The notes below the pieces were generated by a model, which was not told the DNA's origin, did not search any database, and saw only the letters and a list, made by a program, of their open reading frames with translations. A stretch of DNA of 64,000 nt from Polyangiaceae bacterium (GTDB taxonomy: Bacteria; Myxococcota_A; Polyangia; Polyangiales; Polyangiaceae), in NCBI GenBank assembly GCA_965222375.1, contig CBDCTZ010000015.1, forward strand, positions 256,001 to 320,000, in the 5' to 3' direction. The position numbers and the translations under genes are program-made. Shown here piece after piece: positions 47,469-57,569 of this stretch; the first letter of the stretch is position 1; every line of letters starts with the position of its first letter.

Positions 47469-49034
47469 ATGGACTTGACCAACGCGGTGCTCGGCGGGGA
47501 CTTCCGCGTCGAGCGGCCCCTTGCCGAGGGCGGCATGGGCGGCGTCTATCTTGCGCAGCAGCTGTCCACCGGGTTGCCACGAGCACTGAAGGTCATGCAC
47601 CCGACGCTGGTCTCGGATCCGGCGATGCGAGATCGCTTCGCTCAAGAGGCTCGCATCGGCGGCACCGTACCCAGCGAGCATGTGGTGCAGGTCATCGCAG
47701 CGGGCATCGATACGAACTTGGGCGTGCCGTGGCTGGCGATGGAGCTCTTGGATGGCGAGGACCTTGCCGCCCTCAGCGCACGCCGGGGCGCCCTGCCTTT
47801 GACGGAGGTTGTTCCGATCTTCCGGCAGCTGTGTCACGCCTTGGGGGCGGCGCACTCGGTCGGGATCGTGCATCGCGACGTGAAACCGGAAAACGTGTTT
47901 CTGGCCAATGTGAAGAGCTCCTCTTCGACCTGGCAGCTCAAGGTTCTGGACTTTGGCATCGCCAAGCTCGCAGCCAACGCCCAGAGCGGCACCCGAGGTT
48001 TGGGCACTCCCCTGTGGATGGCACCGGAGCAGACCGAGTCACAAACTCCGTCGCCCGCGGCGGACGTGTGGTCCTTGGGCTTGCTCGCGTTCTACCTGCT
48101 CAGCGGAGGCAAGTCGTACTGGCGCACGGCGGATGGCCCCGCGTCGGGGCTGAGCGCCTTGATGCGAGAGATCTTGATCGACCCCCTGCCGCCAGCAAGC
48201 GTGCGGGCCGCGGAACTTGGCGTCGCCCTTCCGCCCGGATTCGATGCCTGGTTTTCGCGAACCGTCGTACGCGAGCCCCACCAGCGGTACGGCGACGCAC
48301 ATCAGGCATTCAGCGCGTTGGAAATGCTGGGCCAAGGCACGCAACCCACGGTGGTCAACGCCAGCAGCATGCCCAGCCACGTGAGCGTGTCGCCGGTGTC
48401 CGGCAACACCACCGGGACAACAGCGCCGAAGAAGTCCAAGGCGCCGCTGTTCATCGCCCTGGGCTTGGGCGTATTCGCCTTGGGCAGCGTGGCCCTCGCC
48501 CTCGGTGGCTTCGCCTTCGCCCTTCAGGACGAGATCGGCGATCTGGCGGGTGCAACCTCGCCCACTCCCACGGCGAGCAGCACCGCCAGCGCGCAACCAG
48601 CGGCTGCATCCACCGGGCAAGACCCACCTGCCGAAACGGCTCCAACGACAGAATCCGACGAACCACCGGAAAACACCGAGCCGTCGAAGACCGCCAAGCA
48701 GGCGCACAAGCGCCCCAGCGAATCCGCTGCTACCAAGCCGAAGAAACCGGAACTCCAGCCCATCAATCGCGCCGCTGTTCAAGCCAAGGTCGATGCCGCC
48801 GCCGCCTCGGCAGCGACCATCTGCGCGAGCAAGAAAGCGCCTGATGCATCCGTCGAAACCTACTCAGGTTCTCGTGGCTTCCGCCCGGACGGGACGTACA
48901 CTCTATCGTCCAGAGGTGTGGGCGGTTCGAAACCCTGCGTTACCAAGATAATGCGCGCCGTTACCGTGGGAAAGTACAAGCATGATCAGGAGTGGCATGT
49001 GGAGGTTTTCAAGTGGTCCGTAACCGTCAAGTGA
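47469..49034 (+). CDS. Transmembrane Ser/Thr protein kinase
   Basis: AEGGMGGVY, ALK, HRDVKPEN, DFG, WMAPEQ; one TM helix. Confidence 0.96.
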   Translation: MDLTNAVLGGDFRVERPLAEGGMGGVYLAQQLSTGLPRALKVMHPTLVSDPAMRDRFAQEARIGGTVPSEHVVQVIAAGIDTNLGVPWLAMELLDGEDLAALSARRGALPLTEVVPIFRQLCHALGAAHSVGIVHRDVKPENVFLANVKSSSSTWQLKVLDFGIAKLAANAQSGTRGLGTPLWMAPEQTESQTPSPAADVWSLGLLAFYLLSGGKSYWRTADGPASGLSALMREILIDPLPPASVRAAELGVALPPGFDAWFSRTVVREPHQRYGDAHQAFSALEMLGQGTQPTVVNASSMPSHVSVSPVSGNTTGTTAPKKSKAPLFIALGLGVFALGSVALALGGFAFALQDEIGDLAGATSPTPTASSTASAQPAAASTGQDPPAETAPTTESDEPPENTEPSKTAKQAHKRPSESAATKPKKPELQPINRAAVQAKVDAAAASAATICASKKAPDASVETYSGSRGFRPDGTYTLSSRGVGGSKPCVTKIMRAVTVGKYKHDQEWHVEVFKWSVTVK

Positions 49035-50089
49035 AGACACTGCTGACCTGCGCGTGCCTGGGGTTCACCCTCGCGCTGCCCGGCGTCGCCGAAGCAGCGT
49101 GCACCATTGGAACAACCATCACCGTCGACAACGACACCCCCGGCAGCGGCTACTCAGAAGACAAGCCTCAGAACTGGGTCGCGAACAGCGTATCTGCCTG
49201 CCAAGGCACCTATCGCTATCTCTCGCATACCGTCGGAGACGGCACCCGCAAGGACAAGGCCACCTGGAAGCCGAAGATCACCGAAGCAGGCTATTACGAA
49301 GTCACGACCAGCTTCCGCGCCACGGAAAACCGCACCACCGACGCGGACTACGTGCTCTACGACGACAAGGGTAGCTCCACGAAAAAGGTCGTCAACCAGA
49401 AGCAGGGCAGCGGTTGCACCAAGGTCGTGATCGGCACGGCCTATTGCGCCGTCGGCGGCAATTGTCGCCTCGTCTTGGACGGCACCGACGACGGCCAGAG
49501 CGACTCCACAGACGTGACCACCTTCAAGCTCGTCAGCTGCGACGCCCAGCCCGACGCTGGCCCGCCCGGCAACTGCGCTGGCATCACGAACAACCCGGCC
49601 TACGAACTCTGTGACTCGAGCCCCACCACCTGCGCCGGCGTGTATACGGATGGCTCGGGCTGCACCGCGTTCTGTGCAGCCGCGGGCATGACCTGCGCCG
49701 CTCGCTTCGGCGGCGAGCCGGGTTGCCAAAAGGAAGCCAACAACCCCATCCCGTGTGGAGCCACCAACGGGCACGGTTCCGACTATTGCGAATGCGTGGG
49801 CAGCGCACCTCCGGACGCGGGCACGGCGGGTAGCGGCGGCGCTCAAGGTGGCAGCACCGGGCAGGGCGGCGCAGAGCCCGGTGGAGCCGGTGGCCAAGCT
49901 GGGCTCGGTTTCGCCGGCGGTGGCGCCACACTGAACTTGGGCGGCAGCGATGCGAGCCCCACGCCTCGGGGCGCGGCTATCACCGACGATGAGGGCGGAT
50001 GTAGCTGCCGGGTGGTCCACGATCCGAGCTCGAACGCCTGGATCGCGCTGGCCCTCGGCGGTTTGCTCTGGCTGCGCCGCCGCAGTTGA
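49031..50089 (+). CDS. Secreted protein with golvesin/xanthan-lyase-C-like domain and MYXO-CTERM tail
   Basis: ITVDND...ATWKP.I..AGYYEV...NR...A.Y; tail GGCSCRV...AWIALALGGLLWLRRRS. Confidence 0.8.
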   Translation: MKTLLTCACLGFTLALPGVAEAACTIGTTITVDNDTPGSGYSEDKPQNWVANSVSACQGTYRYLSHTVGDGTRKDKATWKPKITEAGYYEVTTSFRATENRTTDADYVLYDDKGSSTKKVVNQKQGSGCTKVVIGTAYCAVGGNCRLVLDGTDDGQSDSTDVTTFKLVSCDAQPDAGPPGNCAGITNNPAYELCDSSPTTCAGVYTDGSGCTAFCAAAGMTCAARFGGEPGCQKEANNPIPCGATNGHGSDYCECVGSAPPDAGTAGSGGAQGGSTGQGGAEPGGAGGQAGLGFAGGGATLNLGGSDASPTPRGAAITDDEGGCSCRVVHDPSSNAWIALALGGLLWLRRRS

Positions 50090-50124
50090 CAGGAGCGCGC
50101 CGGCCGGCCTTCACTCGCGCCGTC

Positions 50125-51252
50125 ATGGCCGTCGAGATTCGTGAAATCCCCATCGGGGGCAAGCTCAAAGACTTCTTGAACGTGGTGGATCCCATCTATC
50201 GCGACGACCCCAACTACGTGCGCCCGCTGAACTTCGACATCAGCCAGCGCCTCTCCAAGAAAAACCCGTTCTTCGAGCATGGCGAGGGCACGGCCTTCGT
50301 CGCCTACCGTCTTGGCTGGCCTGTCGGTCGCATCACAGCGCAAATCGACAAGAGCCACCTCGAACGCTACAAGGACGACGTCGGCTTTTTCGGTTTTCTG
50401 GACACGGTAGACGATCCGGAAGTTGCAGAGGCGCTGATCGAAGCAGCTAGGGGTTGGCTCAGAGATCGGGGCATGAAGCGCATCCGCGGCCCAATGTCCC
50501 TGAACATCAATGAAGAGATGGGCTGCCTAGTAGACGGCTTCGACACGCCGCCCATGATCATGATGCCCCATCACCGCCCCTATCAAGGCGAACTGATCGA
50601 GAAGGCTGGCCTGAAGAAGCTCAAGGATGTCTACGCCTGGCGCTACACCATGGGCGATGTCAGCAAGCGTGCCCTCAAGGCTCACGACTCCATGGAGGGC
50701 GTGCCGGAAGTCAAGCTGCGCCACGTGGACAAGAAGCAAATCCAGCGTGACGTGCGCATCATCATGGACGTGTTCAACGACGCCTGGAGCGACAATTGGG
50801 GCTTCGTGCCGCTTTCCGAGGCGGAGCTGACCAAGATGGCTGAGGACATGAAACTCATCCTCATCCCCGAGCTGACTTACATCGCCGAGCTCGATGGGGA
50901 GCCCGTCGCGGTGGCCCTTGCGCTGCCAAACCTCAATGAAATGACTCAAGATTTCGGCGGGCGCCTGACCCCGGTGAACGTGGGCAAGCTGCTCTACCGG
51001 CTCAAGGTGAAAGGACCGAAGACGGCGCGACTGGTCATTTTGGGGATCCGTCGCAAACTTCGCGGCGTGAAGAAGTACGCCGCCCTCAGTACTTATCTGT
51101 ACACGAAGATGCACCGCGCTGGAGAGCGCGTGGGCGTCGAGTGGGGCGAGCTTTCTTGGACGCTGGAGGACAACGCTCCTGTAAACGTCGGGATCAAGCT
51201 CATGGGCGGCAAGATCTACAAGACGTACCGATTGTACGAAGAGGAACTCTGA
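50125..51252 (+). CDS. GNAT-fold acyltransferase, bacterial ceramide synthase (bCerS)-like
   Basis: IYRDDPNYV.PL, KNPFFEH, VGRITA, GFFGF, GCLVDGF, WSDNWGFVP, ELSWTLEDN. Confidence 0.8.
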   Translation: MAVEIREIPIGGKLKDFLNVVDPIYRDDPNYVRPLNFDISQRLSKKNPFFEHGEGTAFVAYRLGWPVGRITAQIDKSHLERYKDDVGFFGFLDTVDDPEVAEALIEAARGWLRDRGMKRIRGPMSLNINEEMGCLVDGFDTPPMIMMPHHRPYQGELIEKAGLKKLKDVYAWRYTMGDVSKRALKAHDSMEGVPEVKLRHVDKKQIQRDVRIIMDVFNDAWSDNWGFVPLSEAELTKMAEDMKLILIPELTYIAELDGEPVAVALALPNLNEMTQDFGGRLTPVNVGKLLYRLKVKGPKTARLVILGIRRKLRGVKKYAALSTYLYTKMHRAGERVGVEWGELSWTLEDNAPVNVGIKLMGGKIYKTYRLYEEEL

Positions 51253-51253
51253 G

Positions 51254-52240
51254 ATGACTATCTTGATTACAGGCGGTTCGGGTTTTCTCGGTTCGCACAT
51301 CGCCGAGCAGCTCTCCAGTGCGGGCAAGAAGGTCCGCGCCCTAGTGCGCAAGACGAGCAATACGCGTTTCCTCGAAACCCTGGACAACACCGAGCTCGTC
51401 GAGGGCTCCGTCAACGATATCGATAGCGTGCTGGAAGCCGCGAAGGGCGTCTCGGCAATCGTGCACTCCGCCGGCCTAGTCAAGGCGCGCAGCCCGGAAG
51501 AGTTCCACCGCGTCAACGCCGGCGGCACCGAGAACATGTTGAAGGCGGCAGTGCAGGAGAAGGCCGGGCTGAAGCGCTTCGTGCTCGTCTCGAGCTTGGC
51601 CGCAGCCGGCCCCAGCGACGAGCACGGCACCCCCGTGAGTATCGACGCCGATCCTCGCCCCGTCACGCACTACGGCCGCAGCAAGCTGGCCGCAGAGCGC
51701 TACGCCCTGGAGCAGAAAGACGAAATCCCCGTCACCATCATCCGCCCCCCGGCCATTTATGGTCCTCGAGATCGCGAAATCCTGGCATTTTTCAAGGCCT
51801 TGAACGCCCGGATCCTGCCCTACATGGGCTCGACGGAGAACAAGCTCAGCATGATTCACGGCGCCGATTGCGCGCGTGCGTGCATCGCGGCCATCGATGC
51901 GAAGTTGGAGAGTGGCTCCACCTTCTTCGTGGACGACGGCAATGTCTACACCTTCGACGACTTGGTCAAGAATGCCGAGGCCGCCCTCGGGCGTCGTGCC
52001 TGGCTACGCTTTCCGGTACCGAAACCCGTGATCAAGACGGCGGCCTACGCCAGCGAGACCTACGGCAAGATCACCAACAAAGCCGTGATGCTCACTCGCG
52101 ACAAGTGCAACGAGCTTTTCGACCAATGGGTTTGCGACGGCAGCATGGCTCGCAAGGAGCTCTCCTGGAAGCCCGAGCTTACGTTCAGCGAGGGCGCGAA
52201 AACCACGGTCGCCTGGTACAAGAACGAGGGCTGGTTGTGA
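51254..52240 (+). CDS. NAD-dependent epimerase/dehydratase (extended SDR), candidate ceramide reductase
   Basis: TGGSGFLG, SSLAA, YGRSK; starts 1 nt after the bCerS-like gene. Confidence 0.85.
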   Translation: MTILITGGSGFLGSHIAEQLSSAGKKVRALVRKTSNTRFLETLDNTELVEGSVNDIDSVLEAAKGVSAIVHSAGLVKARSPEEFHRVNAGGTENMLKAAVQEKAGLKRFVLVSSLAAAGPSDEHGTPVSIDADPRPVTHYGRSKLAAERYALEQKDEIPVTIIRPPAIYGPRDREILAFFKALNARILPYMGSTENKLSMIHGADCARACIAAIDAKLESGSTFFVDDGNVYTFDDLVKNAEAALGRRAWLRFPVPKPVIKTAAYASETYGKITNKAVMLTRDKCNELFDQWVCDGSMARKELSWKPELTFSEGAKTTVAWYKNEGWL

Positions 52241-52280
52241 GTTCGGGTCGAGCTTTTCCGCCCACCGGCGGTGATGCTCG

Positions 52281-53618
52281 ATGACGGATAAAGCCCCCAG
52301 CGGCCCCAGGGGCTTGCCGCTGATTGGGCATGCGGTCGAGTTCGCGCGCGACGCCTTGGGGCTGTTGACCCGCACGGCGCGAGATCACGGCGCCGTCGCG
52401 AGACTGCGCATCTTCGACCGGGAGCTCCTGCTGCTCACGGATCCAGACGACATCGAGCAGGTGCTCGTGCGCCAGAGCAGCAACTACGTCAAAGACAAGT
52501 TCACCCACGACCTCTCTCGCGCTCTGGGCAACGGCCTGGTCACGAGTGAGGGTGAGCACTGGAAGCGCCAACGCAAGCTGACCGCCTTCGCCTTCACCCC
52601 GAAGAAGATCGCCGCCTACGCGGACACGATGGTGGCCGAGGCCGCCCGACAGTCCCTGTCCTGGGCCCCCGGCCAGGTGATGAATCTGCACCAAGAGATG
52701 AGCCGCATCACCTTGGACATCGTCGCCCAGGTGCTGTTCGAAGCAGACATCGAGGCCGAATCCAGGACCGTCGCGGAGGCCATGGAAGTCGCGAATCACT
52801 TCTTCGCCGAGAGCGTCGAGGCCGCGCTGCGCCTGCCCCCCTGGGTGCCAACCCCCGCCAACGTGAAGCTCAATCGCGCCGTGAAGCGCATCGACCGGGT
52901 CTTGTACGAGATCATCGAAGCCCGCAGGCAAGCGCCCAGCAAGAAAAGTGATCTGCTCGGCACCCTGCTCGCCGCACAAGACGACGCCGGCTACGGCATG
53001 AGTGACCGCGAGCTGCGAGACGAGTGCATCACCTTATTCATCGCTGGCCACGAGACGACTGCCTTGGCGCTGACTCACAGCTTGTACCTGCTGGCTCAAC
53101 ACCGCGACGTGCGGCAACGCTTCCATCAAGAGCTGCAGACGGTACTTGGCGACCGCCAACCCAGTGCCGACGACGCCAAGGCCCTGGAGCTCACCGAGCG
53201 CATCGTCAAAGAATCCATGCGCGTGTATCCACCGGTCTGGGTCATCGGTCGCGAGGCCGTGCAGGACGTCGAAGTCGGCGGCTACCGGGTCAAACGCGGC
53301 ACTCAATTGATCATGCCCCAGTGGGTGGTGCATCGAGACCCGCGATGGTTTTCGGATCCGCAAGAGTTCGACCCGGATCGCTGGCTGCCCGAGCGTTGCT
53401 CGGACTTGCCACGCTTCGCCTACTTCCCCTTCGGCGGCGGGCCGCGAGTTTGCATCGGCAATCACTTCGCGATGATGGAAGCCGTGCTACTCCTCGCCCT
53501 ATTCGGCCAACGTTTCCACTTCGAGCTACTGCCCGACGAGCAGCTCGAATTCCGCCCCTCCGTGACCCTCCGCCCCAAGGGCGAAGGCGTACGCGCCAAG
53601 CTCATCGTGCGGAACTGA
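52281..53618 (+). CDS. Cytochrome P450
   Basis: AGHETT, ESMRVYPP, PDRW, FGGGPRVCIG. Confidence 0.96.
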   Translation: MTDKAPSGPRGLPLIGHAVEFARDALGLLTRTARDHGAVARLRIFDRELLLLTDPDDIEQVLVRQSSNYVKDKFTHDLSRALGNGLVTSEGEHWKRQRKLTAFAFTPKKIAAYADTMVAEAARQSLSWAPGQVMNLHQEMSRITLDIVAQVLFEADIEAESRTVAEAMEVANHFFAESVEAALRLPPWVPTPANVKLNRAVKRIDRVLYEIIEARRQAPSKKSDLLGTLLAAQDDAGYGMSDRELRDECITLFIAGHETTALALTHSLYLLAQHRDVRQRFHQELQTVLGDRQPSADDAKALELTERIVKESMRVYPPVWVIGREAVQDVEVGGYRVKRGTQLIMPQWVVHRDPRWFSDPQEFDPDRWLPERCSDLPRFAYFPFGGGPRVCIGNHFAMMEAVLLLALFGQRFHFELLPDEQLEFRPSVTLRPKGEGVRAKLIVRN

Positions 53619-53665
53619 TCGGCGCGCCATCCGGCGGGAGGCCCGGCAAGATGTTCCCCTGCTCC

Positions 53666-54842
53666 TCACACAGCCTCGAGTTTCAGGGTTGCGCTGGCAG
53701 CACTGAACTCCAGTCGCGGAGACCCACGGGGTGGAACTTCCTTTGAACAGGGCAGCAGTTGGCCTGTCGGCGTCCGTTGACCAGGAAGCAGAGACCCGGT
53801 AACTCCCGGTGGACACCAGCTCTGGGCGCCAGCGAGCCCAATCTCCACCGTTGCCCACTGTGTTCAGGGCATAGTTCGCCCCGTAGTAGCCCGGCCTCAC
53901 GCTATTCGTTGGCCAACCTCCCTTGCTCGTGAACGACGGTGATGGATCCGCGTTGTCCACTATCACAACTTGGCTGTTGGTGGTCTTGACCGTGACGCTG
54001 GCGACGCCCTTGTTGCCCTTGTCATCCGTCACGGTCAGTTTCGCAGCAAACTTGCCGGCGAATTGATAGGTATGGGTGGTCGAGCTACCGGTTGCCGTCT
54101 CACCATCGCCAAAATCCCAAGTGTAGGATGCAATGGTCCCATCGGGATCAACGGACTTGGAACCATCAAAGCTGACCACCAGCGGCACGGCTCCATCGGT
54201 GGGGCTAGCCTGGATCTTGGCCTCTGGAGCCCCGCTGGGAGTCGCGCTGAAATCCCCACCTGGGCCCGCGCGATAGGCAGCTGCCAACCCTGCAGCGTCT
54301 GAATGAGACTTGATGTCGAACTGGTTCATCAACAACAAGTAGGTCCTCTCGATCTGCTGGCCCGCAGAAAACGAGTGCTGCCGATTCGACACCCACGTTG
54401 TCAGGCATTCCGAGGCCTTCGGGGGGGGCAATGGAGAGAATGTAGTCACAGATGGGCCAATCCTTGTGAGCTATGAGCACAGGATCGATCCGAACAGCAC
54501 CCGACTCTATCCGCGCTCCGATGTAGTCGTCATCATGGCCGTTGTTGTAGTACCAGGGGGTTAGATCGGTGTCTTCGCTGCTGCGCGGCGATGTTCACCT
54601 TGCTGCTGGGGTCGTGCTTCAGATCGTAGTACTCGGTAATGCCACCGCCGCGGCTCTTCTGAAAACGCATGGAGAAGACGCCGGGAGAGGAGAGCAGCAG
54701 ATCGTCTCCCTGCGCGACAACCTTGATGTCAGCAGCCTGCGCTTTGGACGGAACCCCCAACAGGAAAGCGAGCACGGCAGCCACGGCCAGCTTCTGGACG
54801 ACCGCGATGAATCCGCTCCGACGAGTTGTCTTGAAAGGCATG
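53666..54842 (-). pseudogene. Fragmented secreted PKD and golvesin-like domain protein
   Basis: Signal peptide (MPFKTT...AQA) in one frame; intact PKD domain (FDGSKSVDPDG..SYTWDFGDG...LTVTDD) in another; truncated golvesin-like domain. Confidence 0.65.
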
Positions 54843-55132
54843 CGTAGCTCGGCGAAAGTGATTCCTCCGGTCCCTCGACTTGCAACGTCAGCATAGCGTG
54901 AGGGCGGCCCCGTAGCCATCAGATCGCCACGGGCCAATCCAAAGCTCCTCGAGATCGCCGATGTCGGAGCAACTCGCAACTGGCGGCACTCGGGTTGACA
55001 GCCTTGAAGCTCAGCGTCCCGGCGTGTTCGATGCCAAGGGGAGATGCGTAAGCGACATATCTTGTCACCAGGGATCGCGCTTCCCGACGAGCCGCGGTAG
55101 TGCGCGCGGGCAGTACCGCGCGGGGAAATCAA

Positions 55133-55777
55133 CTAGGGTTCCCAGATCTCCCAATCGAGGCCCCCACCCGAATTGCAGGCAGCGCAATCTGCCTCTTCGT
55201 TCCACTTTCCGCTATGGAACCACGCACCCCGCTTGCCCGGCGCGTAGCACGCAAACTTGTCCCAGCACTTGCCCTTGATCTGGCCCCAACCCCACGGGCA
55301 GTCCTCGCAGTTGAAGCCCTTCCAGACGCAGCGCCCGCGACTACAGGTCCGATTGCTGGCGCAGGACTTGCCATCGCAGCCGCTATCTTCGCAGTCCGTC
55401 TTACCGTCGCAATCGTTATCCTTGCCGTCGCTGCACTGCTCAGTGGAGGCATTGCAGGTACACTTGCCGTTCTGACAGGTCTTGTCGACAGCACAGACCT
55501 GCGCAGAACATTGAACGTCGTCGCAATCGGTTGCGCCGTTACAGTCGTTGTCCACGCTGTCACCGCAGTTGAGTTCGACCGCCGAGCAACCGGCGGCGTC
55601 AGTGGGTGCGCCGTCGGCGGGGGCACCGTCGGCGGGGGCACCGTCTGGCCAGCCACCGGGCCCCACTTCGCTCGTGCCGGCGTCGCCAACCACGTTGCTT
55701 GCCGTACTCGCATCGTCGCCTGAGCAAGCGACTATCATCAAGCCAGTCAACGAGGCCATCCGAAACCAACGACGCAT
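55133..55777 (-). CDS. Cys-rich lipoprotein with CxDxxDNDCxGxxDC repeats
   Basis: Lipobox IVAC; CGDSVDNDCNGATDC and CSDGKDNDCDGKTDC. Confidence 0.8.
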   Translation of the reverse strand: MRRWFRMASLTGLMIVACSGDDASTASNVVGDAGTSEVGPGGWPDGAPADGAPADGAPTDAAGCSAVELNCGDSVDNDCNGATDCDDVQCSAQVCAVDKTCQNGKCTCNASTEQCSDGKDNDCDGKTDCEDSGCDGKSCASNRTCSRGRCVWKGFNCEDCPWGWGQIKGKCWDKFACYAPGKRGAWFHSGKWNEEADCAACNSGGGLDWEIWEP

Positions 55778-56053
55778 CTGATCAACTGTACCACGCGGCG
55801 GTGGAGAGGACATTGCCTCTGGCCATCGTCGAGTGCGTGGCAACGCACGCGGGCTACTTGGCGGCTATGATCTGATCGGCAGTCACCTACCTTCGTTCGG
55901 CATCGCCAGCGCGCCAGCCGGCCGTGTCGCAGTACTCGACGCTCTCGCGGCTCGGTTGACACATCGGAGCCCGCTAACTCCAATTGTTGACCAGCTTCAC
56001 GGCTCGAGCCGGGGCAAGAGGAGGTTTCTAGAAGAGCCAACGCCTCGAGGAGC

Positions 56054-56578
56054 TCAGTTGGGACGTTTGGTTACCTTGCCGCAAGCTTCGTTGAATTTCC
56101 GCTGGGCGCTCTTCTTCATCTTGTCTCGATAAGGGTGAACGAAAAGACGATAGCCGATCGGGCCGGCGATAGGTTTGGAGGTTTTCATGTGGATTGTCCA
56201 GACAACCGTCGATGCTTGGCCCTGGGGAGAAACCTGGTATTCGACGGATGCGGGGCCCACTGTGCCCATGTACTCTCCTCGCACGAGGCCGTCTTTGCCT
56301 GTCGCGAACAGCGAGAAGTCCGTTTCGTGGTCCAGCTTGGCAAAGTACAGTTTCGCCGAAGCCTTGTCTTTGGGTTCAAAACGGTCGCCCTCGCTCTCCC
56401 CCATCAGCGTCCCCCAGCTCTTGATGTCGCTCAGGCACGAGAGTGTCTCGTCGGCGGAGCGTCTGGAATGCAATTGGGTCGAAATTCGGATTTCTGCAGG
56501 CAGGATCATAGCGGCTACGACTACGACTACCAAAAGACAGAGCAGCGCAATGCCGAGAGCCTTCAAGAGTTTTTTCAT
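56054..56578 (-). CDS. SRPBCC/START-like membrane-anchored protein
   Basis: N-terminal TM, LP.E..I...., D..SW, STVVW pattern; GAGGA RBS; visibly lower GC than neighbours. Confidence 0.65.
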   Translation of the reverse strand: MKKLLKALGIALLCLLVVVVVAAMILPAEIRISTQLHSRRSADETLSCLSDIKSWGTLMGESEGDRFEPKDKASAKLYFAKLDHETDFSLFATGKDGLVRGEYMGTVGPASVEYQVSPQGQASTVVWTIHMKTSKPIAGPIGYRLFVHPYRDKMKKSAQRKFNEACGKVTKRPN

Positions 56579-56678
56579 GGTCGTGTTTCCTCAACGCCTA
56601 GGCGCTTTCATGACACCTAACGAAGCCCCGAAACACAGCTCGTTCACAACGCGCCCGCAGAGCATGTCGCACCCGAGG

Positions 56679-57512
56679 CTACCCCGAGATGACCGGCAGC
56701 GCCCGAGCGTGTGCGCGGGAGGCCGACTCGGAGCCGGCGCGTAACTCCGCCGGGCGCTTCGACCACGCTTCCGCAAGCTCCTTGTCGAGCAAGTGCGTGG
56801 GCGAAACATTTCCCAGGGCGTTTGCCATCACGGCGCGCAAGTTCGGGTGCTTGGCCTCCAGAGTCGTGAGCAACTCCGCCATTGCTTCGCGCTGAAGGCC
56901 TTCTTGGGAGCTGCACAGATTGCAGGGCAGAATCGGGAAGGCTTGCTCGGTGGCGTACTCGGCAATGTCCGCCTCCGCGCACTCGATCAAGGGGCGAATC
57001 ACTTCGAAGCGGGCGTCGTCGGTCGTGTACTTCGCGGGCAGCGCCTGCAACCGGCCCGCGTGGAACAGATTCATCAAGAACGTCTCCAGGGCGTCGTCCC
57101 GGTGATGCCCCAAGGCGATCTTGTTGCAACCCAAGCGCTCGGCCGCGGTGTACAGGATCCCGCGCCGCAAGCGTGAGCAGAGCGAGCAATACGTCTGGCG
57201 CTCGGTCAGCTTCTCCGTGACCACCGAATAGGTGTCTTCGCGCAGGATCTCAAAAGGTGTGGAGCGGCTCTCCAGATACTGGACCAAGGAGCTGCCATCG
57301 TAGCCAGGTTGCACCTGATCCAGATGCACTGCGACGAGGCTCGCGTCCTCGAAGCCCCGCACGAAGGTCTCGAGTAGGTTCAGCAAGGTCCAGCTGTCCT
57401 TGCCGCCGCTGACGGCGACCAAGATCCGATCGCCCGGTGCCAGCAGCTCGTACCTGGCAAGGGTCTGGGACATCTGGCGCCGCAGCCGAAGTGCGAGGCG
57501 GGTTCGTCGCAT
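56679..57512 (-). CDS. ttcA: tRNA 2-thiocytidine(32) synthetase
   Basis: SGGKDS PP-loop, CSLCSRLRRG, GHHRDD, PCNLC. Confidence 0.97.
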   Translation of the reverse strand: MRRTRLALRLRRQMSQTLARYELLAPGDRILVAVSGGKDSWTLLNLLETFVRGFEDASLVAVHLDQVQPGYDGSSLVQYLESRSTPFEILREDTYSVVTEKLTERQTYCSLCSRLRRGILYTAAERLGCNKIALGHHRDDALETFLMNLFHAGRLQALPAKYTTDDARFEVIRPLIECAEADIAEYATEQAFPILPCNLCSSQEGLQREAMAELLTTLEAKHPNLRAVMANALGNVSPTHLLDKELAEAWSKRPAELRAGSESASRAHARALPVISG

Positions 57513-57569
57513 GGCCGGAAGCGTAGCTCAAACCGACGCGCGAAAAAGCGGGCCCTGGCAATTTCGCCC

